The notes: generated by a model not told the origin, from the sequence alone. Positions 18,027-30,716 are shown, numbered from the stretch's first letter. The stretch is DNA of 64,000 nt from an uncultured Phycisphaerales bacterium (GCA_963772725.1 CAVYYI010000001.1:576001-640000), one strand, 5' to 3'. Translations and numbers: made by a program.

Positions 18027-18058
18027 AACTCAAAACTAAGAACTCAGCACTAAAAACT
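18027..18058. repeat. Heptamer array AACTNAA
   Basis: AACTCAA AACTAAG AACTCAG CACTAAA AACT between pilB and pilC. Confidence 0.75.
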
Positions 18059-18063
18059 GTTTC

Positions 18064-19831
18064 TTATCCTTCCGAAATAGTTTCTTTCACCACCTCATCA
18101 ATTGTTGTCACACCATCATAAATTGCGGCCAGACCATTTTCACGCAGCAGCCTCATTCCCGCTTTCTGTGCCGCTAAACGAAGTACATTTGTCGAAGCTC
18201 TGTTCATAATCAGTTCACGTACCTCGTCATTAAATGTCATAATCTCAAATATAGCTACACGTCCCTTATAGCCTGTGCTGTTGCATCGGCTCGCATCCTC
18301 GCCCGTAATAAAATTTCTTACCCTTAATGTCGTCTGGAGTAAGGGATATTTCCATCAATTGTGTCTCATTCGGCTCAAAAGCCGTTTTACAGCCTTCGCA
18401 CATTTTTCGCACTAATCTCTGGGCGATAATGCCTTCAATCGTGGCGGTGATAAGAAACGGCTCAACTCCCAAATCCAGAAGCCTCGCTATCGAACTCGGA
18501 GCATCATTGGTGTGCAGTGTCGTAAATACAAGGTGGCCGGTCAGCGACGCCTGCGCCGCTATTTCCGCCGTTTCAAGGTCGCGGATTTCGCCGACCATCA
18601 TAATATCGGGGTCCTGACGCAAAATAGACCGCAGGCATTTCGCGAATGTCAGTCCGATGTCCGGCTGCATCTGAACCTGGATAATGCCGTCAATATCGTA
18701 TTCAACAGGGTCTTCGGTCGTGATAACTTTCGTTTCAATATTGTTAAGCTCATTTAGCGCCGAATAAAGCGTTGTCGTTTTGCCGCTGCCCGTAGGCCCT
18801 GTAACAATTACTATGCCGTTCGGCTTGTGGATAAGCTGTCGAACCATGGCAAGTTCCTCTCTTCGCAGGCCGAGTTTTTCAAGGTCAAGGTTTACCTGGC
18901 TCCTGTCGAGAACACGCAGCACCACGCTTTCGCCAAACATTGTCGGCAGTACGCTCACACGCAAATCAACCGGGTTGCCCTGCACCGTAAGCGATATGCG
19001 GCCATCCTGCGGCAGTCGCCGCTCCGCGATATCCAGGTTTGCCATAACCTTTATACGAGAACTCAACGCAGCCGCGATATGTCTTGGCGGCGGTATCATT
19101 TCATACAGCACACCGTCAATACGATAACGCATCTTGTATTCATTCTCAAAAGGCTCAAAATGAATATCCGATGCCTTATCGCGAATCGCCTGCATCAGCA
19201 CAAGGTTCAGCAGCTTTTTCACAGGGTTGGATTCGGAAAGCTCCTTTAACTCGTCAAGGTCGATACTCTGGTCTCTGCCGTCAAACTCCGCAAGAAAACC
19301 GTCTTTTTCTATCTCGCCAATAAGCGAATTTATACCGTTCTTTTCCTCGGTGGCGGAGTAATACTTGTTAAGCGCAGCCTCAAGGGCTTCACGGTCGGCT
19401 ATTTTTGCCGTTACCTTAAAACCCATTAATGTACTCAAATCATCGGTTGCGCGGAAATTATCAGGGTTATCCAGCACAACTTTAAGCTCATTTTGCTTTT
19501 CATCATATTCAACGGGAACAACATGATATGTTTTCGCCATCTGGCTTGGGACTTTTTCAATCACGGAAGGGGGGATGTCAATATCGCCAAGTGCGACATA
19601 TTCCATACCTTTTTGTGCTGCCAACGCGATTTGAAGCTGCTTCTCAGTAACAAGCCCAAGTTCGAGGAAAATCTGTCCGATTTTTATCCCCTCCGGACTC
19701 TGTTTCTGGTTTTTCAAACATTCGTGAACTTTTTCGCGTGTCAGAATCCCCATTTTTATGAGTATCCTGCCGAGGGTTCTGCTCCTCAATTGCTCTACCG
19801 GCGGTATGTTTTTTAATGCTTCAGTTGCCAT
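18064..19831 (-). CDS. pilB: Type IV pilus assembly ATPase PilB/GspE (frameshift near 18285)
   Basis: MshEN-like LGRILI/IGQIFL, ASDIH, GPTGSGKTT, EDPVE, RQDPD, CxxC pairs; C-terminus GVTTIDEVVKETISEG continues in another frame. Confidence 0.92.
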
Positions 19832-20217
19832 AATGACCTCATCTTTTTCATTTAACCTCACTTATAATATAACCCAATAACACCTGATATACAAACATAT
19901 TATAAAATGGACACTTGGTTATTCATATTGTCTAATTGCCATTTTGCGACCTTTTGCGATTCGGCCCTAACCTATATTACCAAATATCGTAAGATTTTTG
20001 GCAGGCAGAACAACATAAGATATAAAAATCGGTGGAATATGAACCAGCCCTGGCCCCGAATATGTCATTATTCTAACAAAAATGCGCATAAATTGCAACA
20101 AAAATACACGTTTTTATGCAAAAAACCATACAAAATACAGGCCTATAATATCCTGTGAGATACATAATTGTGCAGTTTGCTCTTTACATATTGACCAAAA
20201 TATAAGATATTGAAACT

Positions 20218-21186
20218 ATGGTCAAAAACATTGTGACTGTTTACCATAACCTCTCAACTTTGCTCGATGCGGGCTTATCTATGGTTCGCTCGCTGAATAT
20301 AGCGGCTAAGGGATTAAGGGGGCCGCTGCCTAAAGTTTTTGCCGATATAGAAAAAACCGTTGCCAATGGAAATACCCTCGCTGAGGGGATGATAAAACAC
20401 CCGCGAATTTTTGCACCAATGGATATAAGGATAGTTCAGGCTGGTGAAACATCCGGCAGCCTGGTGCAGTCGCTTCAAATGCTCTCGCAATGGTACGAAT
20501 TGCAGAGAAAGCTTATGCGGATGATTTATTCAGGAATGCTCTTTCCGGCGATGATTCTATTAATCGCCGCTTTTGTAGGCCCAATACCAGGGTTTGTTTT
20601 CGGCGGATTTGACACAAAATCATATTTTATGAGCGTTCTTACTACTCTTGCCTGCTTTTATGTCCCTATCTTGACTATTGCCGCCATAGTGAAATTTACA
20701 CCCAAAACCGGTATCCCTCGCAGAATTCTCGACTTTTTATCACTGCTGATACCAGTCCTGAGGCCGGCTATTAAGCATATAGCGATAAGCCGTTACTCAA
20801 GGGTTTTCTATATGCTGTATAAAGCCGGTGTCCCGATAGCGCAGGCATCCAAAGAAGCTGTCGATATGACAGGAAACTCAATTATTTCCGATATGCTCAG
20901 AGGCGGTGCGGAAAGCGCAAAGAATGGTAATCCTGTCTCGGAGGGGTTTTCTAAAAATCTGCCCGCCGATTTTCTTAATCTTTGGCAAATGGCAGAAGAA
21001 TCAGGAAAACTCGATGATACCGCGATAAGGCTGGCGCGCTCGCACGGTGAAACCGCGGAGATGTATTTCGAGGAATTCAGCCGCTGGCTTCCTAAAATTG
21101 TTTATGTTGCTGTTTCGGTGTATATAATCATAAAAATCTTTCAGAATGCTTCGATGGTTTTCAATCAAGCAACGTCAATTCAGTAA
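20218..21186 (+). CDS. Second PilC/GspF-family protein, divergently transcribed
   Basis: LSTLLDAGL, AGETSGSL, AEESGKLD repeats. Confidence 0.85.
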   Translation: MVKNIVTVYHNLSTLLDAGLSMVRSLNIAAKGLRGPLPKVFADIEKTVANGNTLAEGMIKHPRIFAPMDIRIVQAGETSGSLVQSLQMLSQWYELQRKLMRMIYSGMLFPAMILLIAAFVGPIPGFVFGGFDTKSYFMSVLTTLACFYVPILTIAAIVKFTPKTGIPRRILDFLSLLIPVLRPAIKHIAISRYSRVFYMLYKAGVPIAQASKEAVDMTGNSIISDMLRGGAESAKNGNPVSEGFSKNLPADFLNLWQMAEESGKLDDTAIRLARSHGETAEMYFEEFSRWLPKIVYVAVSVYIIIKIFQNASMVFNQATSIQ

Positions 21187-21333
21187 TTTGCTCAAAATTA
21201 ACACTGTATTTGTCCGGCTTTACATTCAGAGGTGAGGCCTTTTTCCATAAGTTTGAGTAACTTATAAAATGTGTTTGTCTTATTTCGATTTTTTGATAAC
21301 ATAGAGTAAAAGTCGAATGTTGGAAAGTGTGTT

Positions 21334-23232
21334 ATGAAAAATGTTCTAAAAGCCTCGCCAGTCTTATCCCAGTATTTTGCGTTATCCTATGTGATAGTTC
21401 TGATTAATGCCTCAGTATTTTTGCGACAGATTGATTATTCGGATTTTATGACATGCCTTTTTGCGGGGGCAATTTATCTTACCTATTGTTATTTTTATAT
21501 TTTGCCGGTTTTTCTTTTGTTTGTGCTTTTGCAGAAAATTCTAAATATTAAATATCTGCCGGGCTTTGTGAAGTCAGACTGGCTGATTTGCGGGTTGGCG
21601 GTTATAGTTGTAACCGTGGTCCAAATGCTGATTTATACGGACAGCTTTGTGTTCAAAATATTCGGATTTCATTTCAACAGTTTTGTCTGGAATCTGGTTA
21701 CTACAAAAGGTGGTATTGAATCAATGGGGAGCAGTCCGTCGGCTGTACGCAGTTTTATAGCAACACTGCTGTTTTTCTTTGCGGTACAGGCGGGGATTTT
21801 ATTATCACTGATGTTGATTCCGCAAGTCAAAAACTTCTGCCGGAATTTTTTAACCCGCTGTAAGCTCACCGCGGCAACTGTTGTAATTATTATAGTGGCA
21901 GTTTTACAAGGTTTGGCCTATGGTTTGAGTTCATTCTATGATTACAAGCCTGTTGTTTCAGCATCAGAGGCGTTTCCCTTTTATGTTCCTGTCCGTTTCA
22001 GCCATATGGCGAAATCTCTCGGATTGAAGGCTCCTGTCGAATCAAGCTTCAATATGAAATTTGGTAAAATTAAGCTGCAATACCCTTTGAATCCGATTAA
22101 ATTACGAAGCGACGGTAAAAACTACAACATAATTTTTCTTATGGCCGAATCACTTCGAGCTGACATGCTTGATGCCGAGATAATGCCCAAAACGTGGGAA
22201 TTTTCGCAACAATCGGTCAATTTTAAGCAGCACTATAGCGGCGGCAATGGCACGCGAATGGCTATGTTCGCGGCTTTTTACGGCTTGTATGGAAACTACT
22301 GGTTTAAGTTTCTTAACGAGCACAAGGGGCCGGTAATAATTGATTTATTGCAGGCGAACAATTATCAGATGACGATGTTCAGCAGCGCAAAATTTTCTTA
22401 TCCCGAGTTTGATAATACGATTTTTGTCAAACTGCCTCGGGAAAAGCTGTTCGATTCAGGAAATCTTAAGCCGGGTATTATGGGATGGGAGTATGACCGT
22501 CAGAATGTCAGCCATATGCTGGATTTTATTGAAAATCACGATAAGTCACGTCCGTTTATGACATTTATGTTTTTCGAATCTCCGCATGCCCTTTATTATT
22601 TTCCGCCCGAAAATATTATACGAACATCGTATCTCGGTGAATTTAATTATGCCAAAGTTGACCTTAAGAATGATATCGGGCTGATAAAAAATCGGTATAT
22701 CAATTCCTGTAATCATCTCGACAGCCAGTTCGACAGGATATTTAAATATTTGAAGGAAAAATCGCTGCTTGATTCAACGATTGTTATAATAACCGGTGAC
22801 CACGGCGAAGAGTTTATGGAAAAGGGCAGGTGGGGACATAACTCGGACTATAGCGAAGAGCAAACACTTGTTCCGATGGTATTATGGGTGCCTGGCGTGA
22901 AGCCGCGGCAAGTCGAAAGTATGACAAGCCATCTTGATATTCCGGCAACTATTCTTAATATTTTAGGGGTCGCTAACCCGCCCGATGATTATTCATTCGG
23001 GATTGACATGCTTGGCAAGGATAAACGCCAGTTCAGTATTATCAGCGGCTGGGATACAATTGCTTATGTTGACAGCGAATACAAAGCAATTTTCCCGTTA
23101 GAAGTTTTCGGTAAACAAAAGATGGTTATGACCAAGGCGGATGATAAAATAACCAGCGAAGGAATATTCTATCAGACACATTTATCACAGCTTAATCAAA
23201 TTATGAAGGGGTTGAGCCGCTTCAGCAAATAG
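21334..23232 (+). CDS. YejM/PbgA-like membrane-anchored sulfatase/alkaline phosphatase superfamily protein
   Basis: Five N-terminal TM helices, ESLRAD, HYSGGNGT, TGDHGEEF, TSHLDI. Confidence 0.8.
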   Translation: MKNVLKASPVLSQYFALSYVIVLINASVFLRQIDYSDFMTCLFAGAIYLTYCYFYILPVFLLFVLLQKILNIKYLPGFVKSDWLICGLAVIVVTVVQMLIYTDSFVFKIFGFHFNSFVWNLVTTKGGIESMGSSPSAVRSFIATLLFFFAVQAGILLSLMLIPQVKNFCRNFLTRCKLTAATVVIIIVAVLQGLAYGLSSFYDYKPVVSASEAFPFYVPVRFSHMAKSLGLKAPVESSFNMKFGKIKLQYPLNPIKLRSDGKNYNIIFLMAESLRADMLDAEIMPKTWEFSQQSVNFKQHYSGGNGTRMAMFAAFYGLYGNYWFKFLNEHKGPVIIDLLQANNYQMTMFSSAKFSYPEFDNTIFVKLPREKLFDSGNLKPGIMGWEYDRQNVSHMLDFIENHDKSRPFMTFMFFESPHALYYFPPENIIRTSYLGEFNYAKVDLKNDIGLIKNRYINSCNHLDSQFDRIFKYLKEKSLLDSTIVIITGDHGEEFMEKGRWGHNSDYSEEQTLVPMVLWVPGVKPRQVESMTSHLDIPATILNILGVANPPDDYSFGIDMLGKDKRQFSIISGWDTIAYVDSEYKAIFPLEVFGKQKMVMTKADDKITSEGIFYQTHLSQLNQIMKGLSRFSK

Positions 23233-23345
23233 CGATTTAGAGATAAGAAAAGATGCAGAGAAAAGAGATAGGGTTTAACGTGGGGTGTTGTGTGTTTGGC
23301 GTATAGGGAATTTACCCCTTAGTTCCATGTGGGGCGTTTAGCCAT

Positions 23346-23375
23346 TTTAGATTTTCGAATGCCGATTTTCGATTA
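23346..23375. repeat. Solo CGATTT-type heptamer array
   Basis: TTTTAGA TTTTCGA ATGCCGA TTTTCGA TT. Confidence 0.7.
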
Positions 23376-23519
23376 CAGGGGAGGAAGACGATGTGAGATG
23401 TATGAAAAGACCGTGAGGCGGGGTCTCGCGGCTAAACGGGGAATAAATTGGTCAGGGGGGTAATTTGCTTGATAGAAGCTAACAGAACTATATAATTGCT
23501 GAGGTTTTAAGGACAGAAA

Positions 23520-24247
23520 ATGGCAGTACTGAATGTAAATATCGACCATATAGCGACAATCAGGCAGGCGCGGCTAGCCAATGAGCCGGACCCTGTCTGG
23601 GCGGCCGCCGAATGTGAACTGGCAGGTGCCAATGGGATAACCGTCCATCTGCGCCAGGACAGGCGGCATATTAGCGACCGAGACGTTGAACTGCTCAAGG
23701 AGACCGTCGCCTGCAAATTCAATCTCGAAATGTCGATGACAGAGCCGATTGTAAAAATCGCTCGAAGATAAAGCCAGACCAGGTGACACTTGTGCCGGAA
23801 AACCGGGCGGAACTGACCACGGAAGGCGGACTCGACTGCGTTGGCGGGAAAAAACGCCTTGCCGAAGTGGTTAGCCGGATGCACAAAAAGGGAATTCTTG
23901 TAAGCGCTTTTATCACTCCGGACCAGGAGCAGATTGAGGCCTCGGCGTTTTGCGGCTGCGATGCGGTCGAGCTTCATACAGGCCAATACGCAAACGCGAA
24001 AGGCGCGAAGGCTGTTGAAAAAGAGCTGCGGAAACTTTCGCAGGCCAGGGATCTGGCGATGGGACAAAAACTTGTTGTTCATGCCGGCCACGGGCTTACG
24101 TATCGCAATATCGGGCCGGTCGCAGCGATAAAGGGACTGTGCGAATTTAATATCGGCCACAGCATAATTGCCCGGTCGGTTTTTGTCGGAATCCGGGAGG
24201 CAGCCGCTGAAATGATAAAATTGATAGATAAATATAGCAGGAGTTGA
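23520..24247 (+). CDS. pdxJ: Pyridoxine 5'-phosphate synthase (frameshift near 23765)
   Basis: [45 protein letters not shown]. Confidence 0.92.
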
Positions 24248-24250
24248 ATA

Positions 24251-25125
24251 ATGTTTACAGGAGCAATGTCGCATTAATAACACCATTTCAAGACGGCGAG
24301 GTTGATTTCGAGACTCTCGATGATCTTATTGAGTTTCAGCTCGAGAACAGCATCGACGCAATTGTTCCGGTCGGCACTACCGGCGAATCGCCGACGCTTA
24401 GGCACGAGGAGCATAAACAGGTTATCGAAAGGGTCGTAAAAACTGTGGCGGCAAAGTTCCGGTTATCGCCGGCGCCGGCTCAAACAGTACCGCTGAGGCG
24501 ATAGAATTTACCGATTTTGCCAAAAAGGTCGGTGCCGATGCCACTTTGCAGGTCGCGCCGTATTACAATAAGCCGACGCAGGAAGGCTTCTATCAGCATT
24601 TTAAGACCATAGCCGAAGAAGTGGATTTTCCGATAGTATTATACAATATTCCCGGCCGCTGCGGGGGAACGGGAATGACGGCCGAAACCATTGTTCGCCT
24701 CTCGCAGGTAGAGAACATCGTCGCCATTAAGGAGGCTACCGGCAGTCTTGATATGGCCAGCGACTATCGCCAGCCTCTGCGATATGACGATTATTTCCGG
24801 TGACGACTCGCTGACGCTGCCGATATGCTCGGTAGGCGGCAAAGGCGTTATCAGCGTGGTTGCGAATATTGTTCCGTCCGATGTGAAGGCTATGACGGAT
24901 TTGATTTTAGAAGGCGATTTCGTTTCCGCCCGGCAGTGGCACAACAAGCTTTTTGCACTGAGCAAAAATATGCTCAGCCTCGCAACGAACCCTATACCGA
25001 TTAAGGCCGCGATGGCAATGCTTAAAATGTCGTCGGAAGAGATGCGTTTGCCGATGACACCGCTCGATGAAGGCAAAAGGGCCATCCTGACAAAAACGCT
25101 AAAAGATTACGGCCTGCTCGAATAA
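24251..25125 (+). CDS. dapA: 4-hydroxy-tetrahydrodipicolinate synthase (about three frameshifts)
   Basis: [44 protein letters not shown] across consecutive frames. Confidence 0.9.
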
Positions 25126-25160
25126 AAATGGCTCGGCAGTCAAAAACCGAGAATAGTTTG

Positions 25161-25193
25161 AAATTGCTTCGGCCTAATGGCCTGGCGATGACA
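25161..25193. repeat. Degenerate ATTGCTTCG..CGATGACA element
   Basis: Reverse-complement relative of 47545-47571. Confidence 0.5.
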
Positions 25194-25325
25194 CAAAAAT
25201 ACCATAAAATTCACGTGAACGGTTGTATTATATTTTAAAATGCTGCTTTTCAAGCGGCTTAGAAGCGGGTATAATGCCCTATGGTTATTGAGACGGCTTA
25301 TTAACCTGATTAAGGATAATGGAAT

Positions 25326-26344
25326 ATGTTCAGGTACGTGGGATGGCTAATATTGACGGCGGCATTAATACTGTTGTCCGCCGACGGGGTGGCAAAGGTT
25401 TCCGCCGAGACGTGGCAGCTCCATAAAGGACAGGAGTTAAAACCGGTTTCCGCAAAGGGTTCGGAGGGATACGCACTGGCGGTATCGGAAATAAAGCAAT
25501 TGATGAATAGCGGCCGCACGAGTGATGTTGTCAAAGCCCTGAATAAACTCAGGAAGGATTATCCGCAGTTTATCGGGCCTGATTTAGACGCGTTTATAAC
25601 GGCGGAAAAGTATTTTTCGCAGGGCAAGTACACAAAGGCAGTAAGAAGCTATGACAAGTTTCTGGATGAATTTCCGCAGAGCGAGCTTTACCAGGCCGCT
25701 CTCGACAGAGAATTTGCCATCGCAACGGCATACCTGGCGGGCCAAAAGAGGACCGTGCTGCTGATTTTCAGGATAAGGGGTTATGAAGAAGGCGCAGGAT
25801 TATGGAAAAAATCAGCGACCGCACAGGCGATGCCCCGTTAGCGTATAATGCGCTGATTGCGGTGGCGAAGAGTTATGAAAAGAGGCAGAAGTTTAACGAC
25901 GCTTATCTTGAATGGTCGCTGATTGCCTCGAAATGGCCTACCGGGCAAATCGGCAAGGAGGCGCTGCTGGCAATGGGCCGATGCAAACACGCTGATTACC
26001 GGGGGCCTAAATACGATGCTTCGAGTTTAATCAGTGCGAAAAGTTATTATGAAGACTTTAAGTCACGCTATTCCGAAGAGGCGAAAACCTACAATATTGA
26101 TGAGAAACTCCGCCAGATAAAAGAACAATCGGGATATAAGCAGTTTTGCATAGGACAATATTATCAAAAAACCGATAGTTTGATGCCCGCGAATTCGTAT
26201 TATGAGATGGTAATGGCGGATTGGCCTGACAGCACGGCGGCGAAAATGGCGAAAATCGCTGTTGAGAAGGAAAAAACCGAAAGCAAAAAGGAAGAAAAAT
26301 GGCAAACACAGATTATGAAAAAACTCGAAAAACTGCTTTTATAG
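25326..26344 (+). CDS. Outer membrane protein assembly factor BamD-like TPR protein (frameshift near 25810)
   Basis: Signal peptide, TPR-like helices, YRGPKYDAS, IGQYY; directly upstream of LptE-like gene. Confidence 0.7.
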
Positions 26345-26844
26345 TTTTTTGCGTGGTGACTTGTGTTATAATTTTAAATATTTGCGGCTGCGGCGGAGCA
26401 GGCGGTTATACCAATCAATCGCTGTTCAGGGATAATGTTGAGAGCGTTTGTGTAGATATGTTCGATAATCAGACCTTTTACCGCGGAGTTGAATACAAGC
26501 TTACCGACGCTCTTGCCAAACGCATAGAAGCGGGTACGCCTTATAAAATTATTACGAGCAAAGACCTCGCGGACAGCGTAATAAGCGGACAGATAACATC
26601 GATAGGCGAATCAGTTTTGACGGCGGAGCGAGAGACCGGCCGCCCGCTTGAAAAAGAAGTTTTGATAACGGCGGTTGTGAACTGGAAAAACTTAAAAACA
26701 GGCGAATTGCTCATAGACAATATTTATGTCAGCGCGCCGATGAGTTACTCGGAGTGGCAGGGCCAGGGATTTGAATATGCGTCAGCGGCAGCGACAAACA
26801 AATTGGCCAAAAAAATTGTAGAAATAATGGAGAAACCGTGGTAA
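26299..26844 (+). CDS. LptE-like LPS assembly lipoprotein
   Basis: Lipobox-like ICGC, GY, FDNQTFYRGVEYKLTDAL, ADSVISGQI. Confidence 0.7.
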   Translation: MANTDYEKTRKTAFIVFCVVTCVIILNICGCGGAGGYTNQSLFRDNVESVCVDMFDNQTFYRGVEYKLTDALAKRIEAGTPYKIITSKDLADSVISGQITSIGESVLTAERETGRPLEKEVLITAVVNWKNLKTGELLIDNIYVSAPMSYSEWQGQGFEYASAAATNKLAKKIVEIMEKPW

Positions 26845-26892
26845 AATTACTGTACTTTCCGTTTTGCGGGGTGCAGAGTACGAGAAAAAAAT

Positions 26893-28866
26893 ATGGCAGC
26901 TAATAAAAAGAAAAGAACGGGCCAGATATTTCCAGAGTTTGACGACCAAAGGGGGGGCAAGGTACCACCGTCGCCATATAAGCGAGGGCCGATAAGCTGG
27001 CTTTTGATTCTGGCGATAATCCTGATAGCGGTAACGATGCTGATGCAGTCTCAGAGTTCCGAGGAAATCCGGTGGGACCAGTTCCGCAAATACGCGGAAA
27101 ACGGAGATGTTGAGAGCGTAGATTTAAAGGATATGGAAATAATCGGCAAATTCAAGGAAAAGACCATCAGGGAGTCCAAAGGCAACACTAAGAACACATT
27201 TGTGGTTTATTTTAATCCGCAGGTATATGGTCAAATACTCGGAAATCTTCTTGATGAAAATGAAATTCAGGTTAAGCAGTCTGTTCCAAAGACGTGGGTT
27301 TTGACACTGATAAGCACGCTGCTCCCTGTGGCGATTATAATCGGTGTGTTTTACTTTTTGTTTGCGCGAAACCTTCACAGCGGCGCCGGCGGAATGTTAA
27401 TGGCGTTCGGGCGAAGCAAGCACCGCTTACAGGGCAAAGATAAGAACAAGGTTACATTTAAGGATGTGGCCGGGGTTGAAGAGGCCAAGGAAGAGGTTTC
27501 GGAAATAATCGAATTTCTCAAGAACCCGAAAAAGTTTCAGCGTCTTGGCGGACGCATTCCTCGCGGCGTTTTGCTTGTAGGTCCGCCTGGCTGTGGAAAA
27601 ACACTGCTGGCCAAAGCCATCGCCGGTGAAGCGGATGTGCCTTTTTTCAGCATATCAGGAAGTGACTTTGTAGAGATGTTTGTTGGCGTCGGAGCATCGC
27701 GTGTTCGGGATTTGTTCAGGCAGGCGAAAGAAAATTCACCTTGTATAATATTTTTAGATGAAATTGACGCTGTCGGGCGTAAGCGTGGCGCGGGTTTTGC
27801 CAGCGGCGGACACGATGAACGTGAGCAGACGCTCAATGCTATTCTTGTTGAAATGGATGGTTTCGATACGAATGACCAGGTTATAGTTATCGCGGCGACA
27901 AACCGCAGCGATATTCTTGACCACGCCTTGACGCGTCCGGGCAGATTTGACAGGCAGGTTGTTGTTCCTTTGCCGGACTTGAAAGGGCGGGCAGAGATTC
28001 TCAGCGTTCACGCAAGAAAAGTAAAGATGGGCCCAGACGCAAATATTGAAAAACTTGCGAGAGGAACGCCTATGTTCAGCGGCGCGGATTTGGCGGCGAT
28101 TATTAATGAGGCAGCACTTGCCGCGACAATGTTGAATAAAGACTATATCGAAATGGCGGATCTGGAAGAGGCCAGGGACAAGGTTCGCTGGGGCCGTGCC
28201 AAGAAGAGCAGGGTTATCGACCAGCGAGAAAAAGAGATTACCGCTTATCACGAGGCCGGCCATACACTGGTTCAATCTCTTCTTAAAGACGCAGACCCGC
28301 TGCATAAGGTTAGTATTATTCCGAGAGGCCCTATGGGCGGCGCGACGTTCGCTCTGCCGGAAAGGGACAGAACAATCTTCACGAAAAGATACTGTATGGC
28401 GTTGCTGGAGGTTTGTTTCGGCGGACGAATTGCCGAGGAGATGTTCTGCAACGATATTTCGAGCGGCGCACAATCGGATATTCAGCATGCCACCAGTATC
28501 GCCAAACAAATGATATTGACATGGGGTATGAGTGATAAACTTGGCCTAATCAGCTATGAAAACAGCGGTGTATTTGATGAGCAGATGTATAAGTTTCCGG
28601 GAGAAAAAGAATATTCGGATAAAACGGCTGAAGCAATAGATAATGAGATTAAAGGCCTTACTGACCTGGCATACAAAGATGCGAAGGAATTAATAGGAAC
28701 AAATAAGGACAAACTGGAGAGGATAGCAAAGGCGCTGCTGAAGTATGAGACACTCGACGCCACAGATGTTAAGCTAATTCTCGAAGGAGGCGAGCTGGAT
28801 AAGCCCACGGTTACGGACTTGATAGCCGCTGAACAGGTAAAGGCCGCTGAAACTGAAACTAAATAA
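26893..28866 (+). CDS. ftsH: ATP-dependent zinc metalloprotease FtsH
   Basis: Two TM helices, [30 protein letters not shown]. Confidence 0.97.
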   Translation: MAANKKKRTGQIFPEFDDQRGGKVPPSPYKRGPISWLLILAIILIAVTMLMQSQSSEEIRWDQFRKYAENGDVESVDLKDMEIIGKFKEKTIRESKGNTKNTFVVYFNPQVYGQILGNLLDENEIQVKQSVPKTWVLTLISTLLPVAIIIGVFYFLFARNLHSGAGGMLMAFGRSKHRLQGKDKNKVTFKDVAGVEEAKEEVSEIIEFLKNPKKFQRLGGRIPRGVLLVGPPGCGKTLLAKAIAGEADVPFFSISGSDFVEMFVGVGASRVRDLFRQAKENSPCIIFLDEIDAVGRKRGAGFASGGHDEREQTLNAILVEMDGFDTNDQVIVIAATNRSDILDHALTRPGRFDRQVVVPLPDLKGRAEILSVHARKVKMGPDANIEKLARGTPMFSGADLAAIINEAALAATMLNKDYIEMADLEEARDKVRWGRAKKSRVIDQREKEITAYHEAGHTLVQSLLKDADPLHKVSIIPRGPMGGATFALPERDRTIFTKRYCMALLEVCFGGRIAEEMFCNDISSGAQSDIQHATSIAKQMILTWGMSDKLGLISYENSGVFDEQMYKFPGEKEYSDKTAEAIDNEIKGLTDLAYKDAKELIGTNKDKLERIAKALLKYETLDATDVKLILEGGELDKPTVTDLIAAEQVKAAETETK

Positions 28867-28921
28867 ATCAGTTACTTAATTATCAAAGGCCGCCGCCAAT
28901 ATTTAATTTAAGGGGGTGCCG

Positions 28922-30696
28922 ATGAAAAAAACGACAACTTCGGTATTGTGCAGTATCCTGATTTTATCAGGATATATCGTTTGTTTGGGGGATGACGCAA
29001 ACACAATTGGTTCAAATCTTGAACTGATAAAATATGAGAATGAATTTTCCCGCGTACATGTTGAACCAGCGCGGATGAATGGTAAAGGGGGCCTTGCGGT
29101 TATATTTGAGGGTACCGAAGGTCTGCACTATTACGCTAACAAAGACACCGCGCCGGCAGTCGGATATCAACTTAAAGTCGAAGCCAAATCGGATAATGTT
29201 GAGTTCGCAGAGGCTGTTTTTCCGCGGTGGACATTCTTTTTTGACAAAGGGCTGGGTAAAAATATCGAAGTTTATACAGGTAATTTTACTATATTTGCAC
29301 CATTAAATCCGCAACAACTGCCGGCAAAACAAATGTTTCTGTGCTGATTTCAGGTTTAGCCTGCACAAGCAAGGTTTGTTTACCGCCATTTGAGAAAAAG
29401 CTTAACATCGAATTTGATTACGGTATGGCAGATTCGTGGAAGGAAATAACTCTTAACAAGGCTGCCGTTGCTGCGCCGGCGGAGCAGTTGAGATATTCGA
29501 TTTGGGGGGCTATGCTGCTTGCACTGGCGGCTGGGATGGTTCTCAATTTGATGCCCTGTGTCTGGCCGGTGCTGCCTCTTATTGTGATGCGTATTGTCGA
29601 GCAGTCAAAGCAGAGTAAAACGATGTCTATCACGATGGGAATTGCTTTTTGCCTGGGCATACTATTGTTCTTTGCGTGTCTTTGCGGCGCAAATATAATT
29701 CTGCACATTTTTTACGGCACAGTTCTGCAGTGGGGCGACCAGCTAAGAAATCCCGTTGTATTGACTATTTTAACTCTTATTTTAATTGTGATGGCGTTGT
29801 TTATGTTTGGGGTTTTCACAATCGGCCTGCCTGCTTCAATTAGCGGGAAAAGCAGTACGGGCAAAGGTCTTGCCGGCTCTGTCGGTATGGGCTTCCTGGC
29901 GGCGATACTGAGTACGCCATGCAGTTTCGGTATTTTGTCAGCGGCATTTGCGTGGGCACAGACCCAGCCGACAGTTATTGCGACGCTGACGATAATGACT
30001 ATCGGTGTTGGGATGGCTTTACCTTACGCAGTCCTGACTTCGATGCCAGGTTTGCTGAAAAGGCTGCCTCGCACAGGCCGCTGGATGGAACTGTTTAAGC
30101 AGACAATAGGTTTTGTGCTGCTGGTTATAGCAGTGAAACTGATAGGGTCGTTGCCTCAGTCGCATCGAATCGATGTTCTGTATTTTTCAGTGGCACTTGC
30201 GTTTGGCGTATGGATGTGGGGAAGCTGGGTTGGATACAACAGCAGGTTTTCACATAAATTAATCGTGCGTACAATCGCGGTTATTATGGTAATCGCTGCC
30301 GGATGGTTATTACTGCCTGCACCAGCGGGGGAATTAATACAATGGCAGTCGTATAATACAGAAGTTATTGATGCCGCCAAAGTGAAGCAGAGGCCTGTAT
30401 TGATTAAATTTACGGCGGACTGGTGTTTTAATTGCGCTGTTGCGGAAAAGGTTGTGTACGAGCGTGAAGATATCGCGAAACTAATTGAGAACAAAGGGGT
30501 TTTGGCGATTAAGGCTGACACAACATTGTCCGATTATCCCGCTACCGCGGCATTGAAAAATGTGTATGATGAGCCGGGTGTTCCGGTGAGCGTATTATTG
30601 GTTCCTGGTAGGGAAGAGCCTATTAAATGGCACGGTATTTCTTTTGGTACCGAGCTAAAGGCGCAATTAGAAAAATTTCCGGACAGGAAATTTTAA
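28922..30696 (+). CDS. dsbD: Thiol:disulfide interchange protein DsbD (frameshift near 29310)
   Basis: CTSKVC N-domain, LMPCVWP and STPC TM cysteines, thioredoxin FTADWCFNC. Confidence 0.85.
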
Positions 30697-30716
30697 TTAC
30701 AAAGAGGGACATCTTA

